This document shows positions 62,728 to 64,000 of a stretch of DNA of 64,000 nucleotides, one piece after another. Source of the stretch: an uncultured delta proteobacterium. GTDB lineage: Bacteria > Desulfobacterota > BSN033 > UBA1163. The stretch's first letter is position 1, and every line of letters begins with the position of its first letter. A program made the position numbers and the translations under genes. Below the pieces are notes generated by a model. The model was not told the origin of the DNA and did no database searches. It saw only the letters and a list, made by a program, of their open reading frames with translations. The stretch spans positions 257,121 to 321,120 of the forward strand of contig CAVPSJ010000011.1 in the NCBI GenBank assembly GCA_963708295.1, given 5' to 3'.

Positions 62728-63480
62728 CTACCGATACGCTTTGAGCCGTTCCAGCAATTTAGGGTCTATCGTCATCCCCAGTTTGCCAGCCTGATCAAAA
62801 TGTTCAATGGCCAGCTTAAATTCTTGCTTCTCGTAAAAGAGAACAGCCAGGGCATAGTGAGCGGCTGCATACTTCGGATCGATTTCCAACGCTTTTTCAA
62901 AAGAAGCGGCCGCCTCTTCCATTTTCTTCTGCTGCCGATAGACGCTCCCGATATTGTAATACCCCTTGGCATACTCCGGTTTGATCTCGATCGTCTTTTG
63001 ATACTCGGCCAGGGCCTGATCGAACAGTCCCTGCCGGAAGTGAATAATTCCAAGATTGGTATGGGCCTCGACATAATTGGGATAGATTTGAAGGGTTTTC
63101 TGATATTGGGCCTTCGCCTCTTTGAGCTTGCCTCTCCCCTGGTAGGCTACCCCGAGATTAAAATAGGCCTCGGCGAAATTGGGGTCAACATCGATGGCTT
63201 TCTTGTATTGCGAAATCTCTTTTTTCCATTCCTCCTGCCTTCCATAAACAATGCCGAGATTGAGATGGGCCTTCGCATTCTTTGAATCCAATTTCAACAC
63301 CTTTTGATATTCCGTGACGGCCTCCTTCAGGTCCCCTCTCGCCGCAGCACGATAGGCCAATTCAAAATATTCCTCAACGGTGACGGCTTTGTCCTTTTTT
63401 TCGGTCTTGTTCCCCCCTGCACAGGAGGCGAGCAGAAGAATCACGGTAAAAACAAGGAAATATTTCGCTATCGTTTGCAC
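62728..63480 (-). CDS. TPR-repeat lipoprotein
   Basis: Lipobox LASC; about 6 TPR repeats (AHLNLG, AYFNLG, AHTNLG). Confidence 0.88.
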   Translation of the reverse strand: MQTIAKYFLVFTVILLLASCAGGNKTEKKDKAVTVEEYFELAYRAAARGDLKEAVTEYQKVLKLDSKNAKAHLNLGIVYGRQEEWKKEISQYKKAIDVDPNFAEAYFNLGVAYQGRGKLKEAKAQYQKTLQIYPNYVEAHTNLGIIHFRQGLFDQALAEYQKTIEIKPEYAKGYYNIGSVYRQQKKMEEAAASFEKALEIDPKYAAAHYALAVLFYEKQEFKLAIEHFDQAGKLGMTIDPKLLERLKAYR

Positions 63481-63798
63481 AGGCTCCCTCCCTCGCTGAA
63501 AATCTTTTGATTCATTAACAGAAAAAAAGAAGTAAATCAAGAAAGATCGTCCCCCACACCGGAGTTACCCAAATCGGTCATATCTTTGCGGCCTCAAGCA
63601 AAATTCAAGATTCGGTCGGCGTCGCCTCCCTATAGAGATACCAACATGTCGCGAAGAGAGTGCCCGGAGCATACATTAACGTAGCGAGAATCGCCACGTC
63701 AGCCTGCGCGCTGTATTGGGCTGGCGCGGGCGCAAAAACTTAAACTTTCATAGATTCAGGTTGCCCCCTTATGGAACTTTCCGCGAAAATTAGCCCTA

Positions 63799-63999
63799 GT
63801 GATGGAGGCCAAGCTCAAACAGCACCAATTGGAGCATGCGCAATGGCGAGTGGATTTTGTGCGCTCGCTGCTGGATCTGCACCGGCATAGCATTGCCGTT
63901 CGTGGCGCAGAGTGGAGCAGGGAGGAAACCGTGCTGATTGAAAGGCTCGCAGCGGCGGAAAGCGAGTTGCAGCGGGTAAACGCGCAAGAGGTGGCCTGA
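63799..63999 (+). CDS. Hypothetical 66-aa protein
   Basis: Helical ORF in GC-richer sequence; no clear RBS. Confidence 0.3.
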   Translation: MMEAKLKQHQLEHAQWRVDFVRSLLDLHRHSIAVRGAEWSREETVLIERLAAAESELQRVNAQEVA

Positions 64000-64000
64000 C

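Overview
Bacterial chromosome window whose gene content and style suggest a Desulfobacterota/deltaproteobacterium (inference). It is mostly housekeeping: yicC (partial), tlyA, dxs, xseAB, glycerate kinase, queD, folE2, thyA, an OGG-type glycosylase, selB, HU, ltaE, cutA, gatCA, valS, a RomR-like protein, dGTPase, a CCA-type enzyme, vapBC, DUF748, mscL, yihY, galE, purF, DUF362, an HdrD-like oxidoreductase, a histidine kinase, an SPFH protein and malic enzyme. The main hidden structure is two related ~5.5 kb islands. One is inserted in the 3' end of folE2 (8150-13759) and the other in the 3' end of purF (47174-52666). Each is bounded by a duplicated, partly recoded copy of the host gene tail and keeps only tyrosine-integrase remnants. 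They share RHH and Xis-like genes, a near-identical promoter segment, candidate arm-type sites and a recurring ~45-nt intergenic motif. Island 1 also holds a HemP/HmuP-like micro-ORF followed by AAGC(CAGT) repeats and a terminator (candidate antitermination switch). Other features missed by the ORF track are a rhodanese-like selenoprotein (in-frame UGA plus SECIS), a 159-nt rod-like RNA candidate and several MITE/REP families. Several single-base frameshifts look like sequencing indels. I saw no rRNA, tRNA or CRISPR array. All family assignments are by eye, without database searches.
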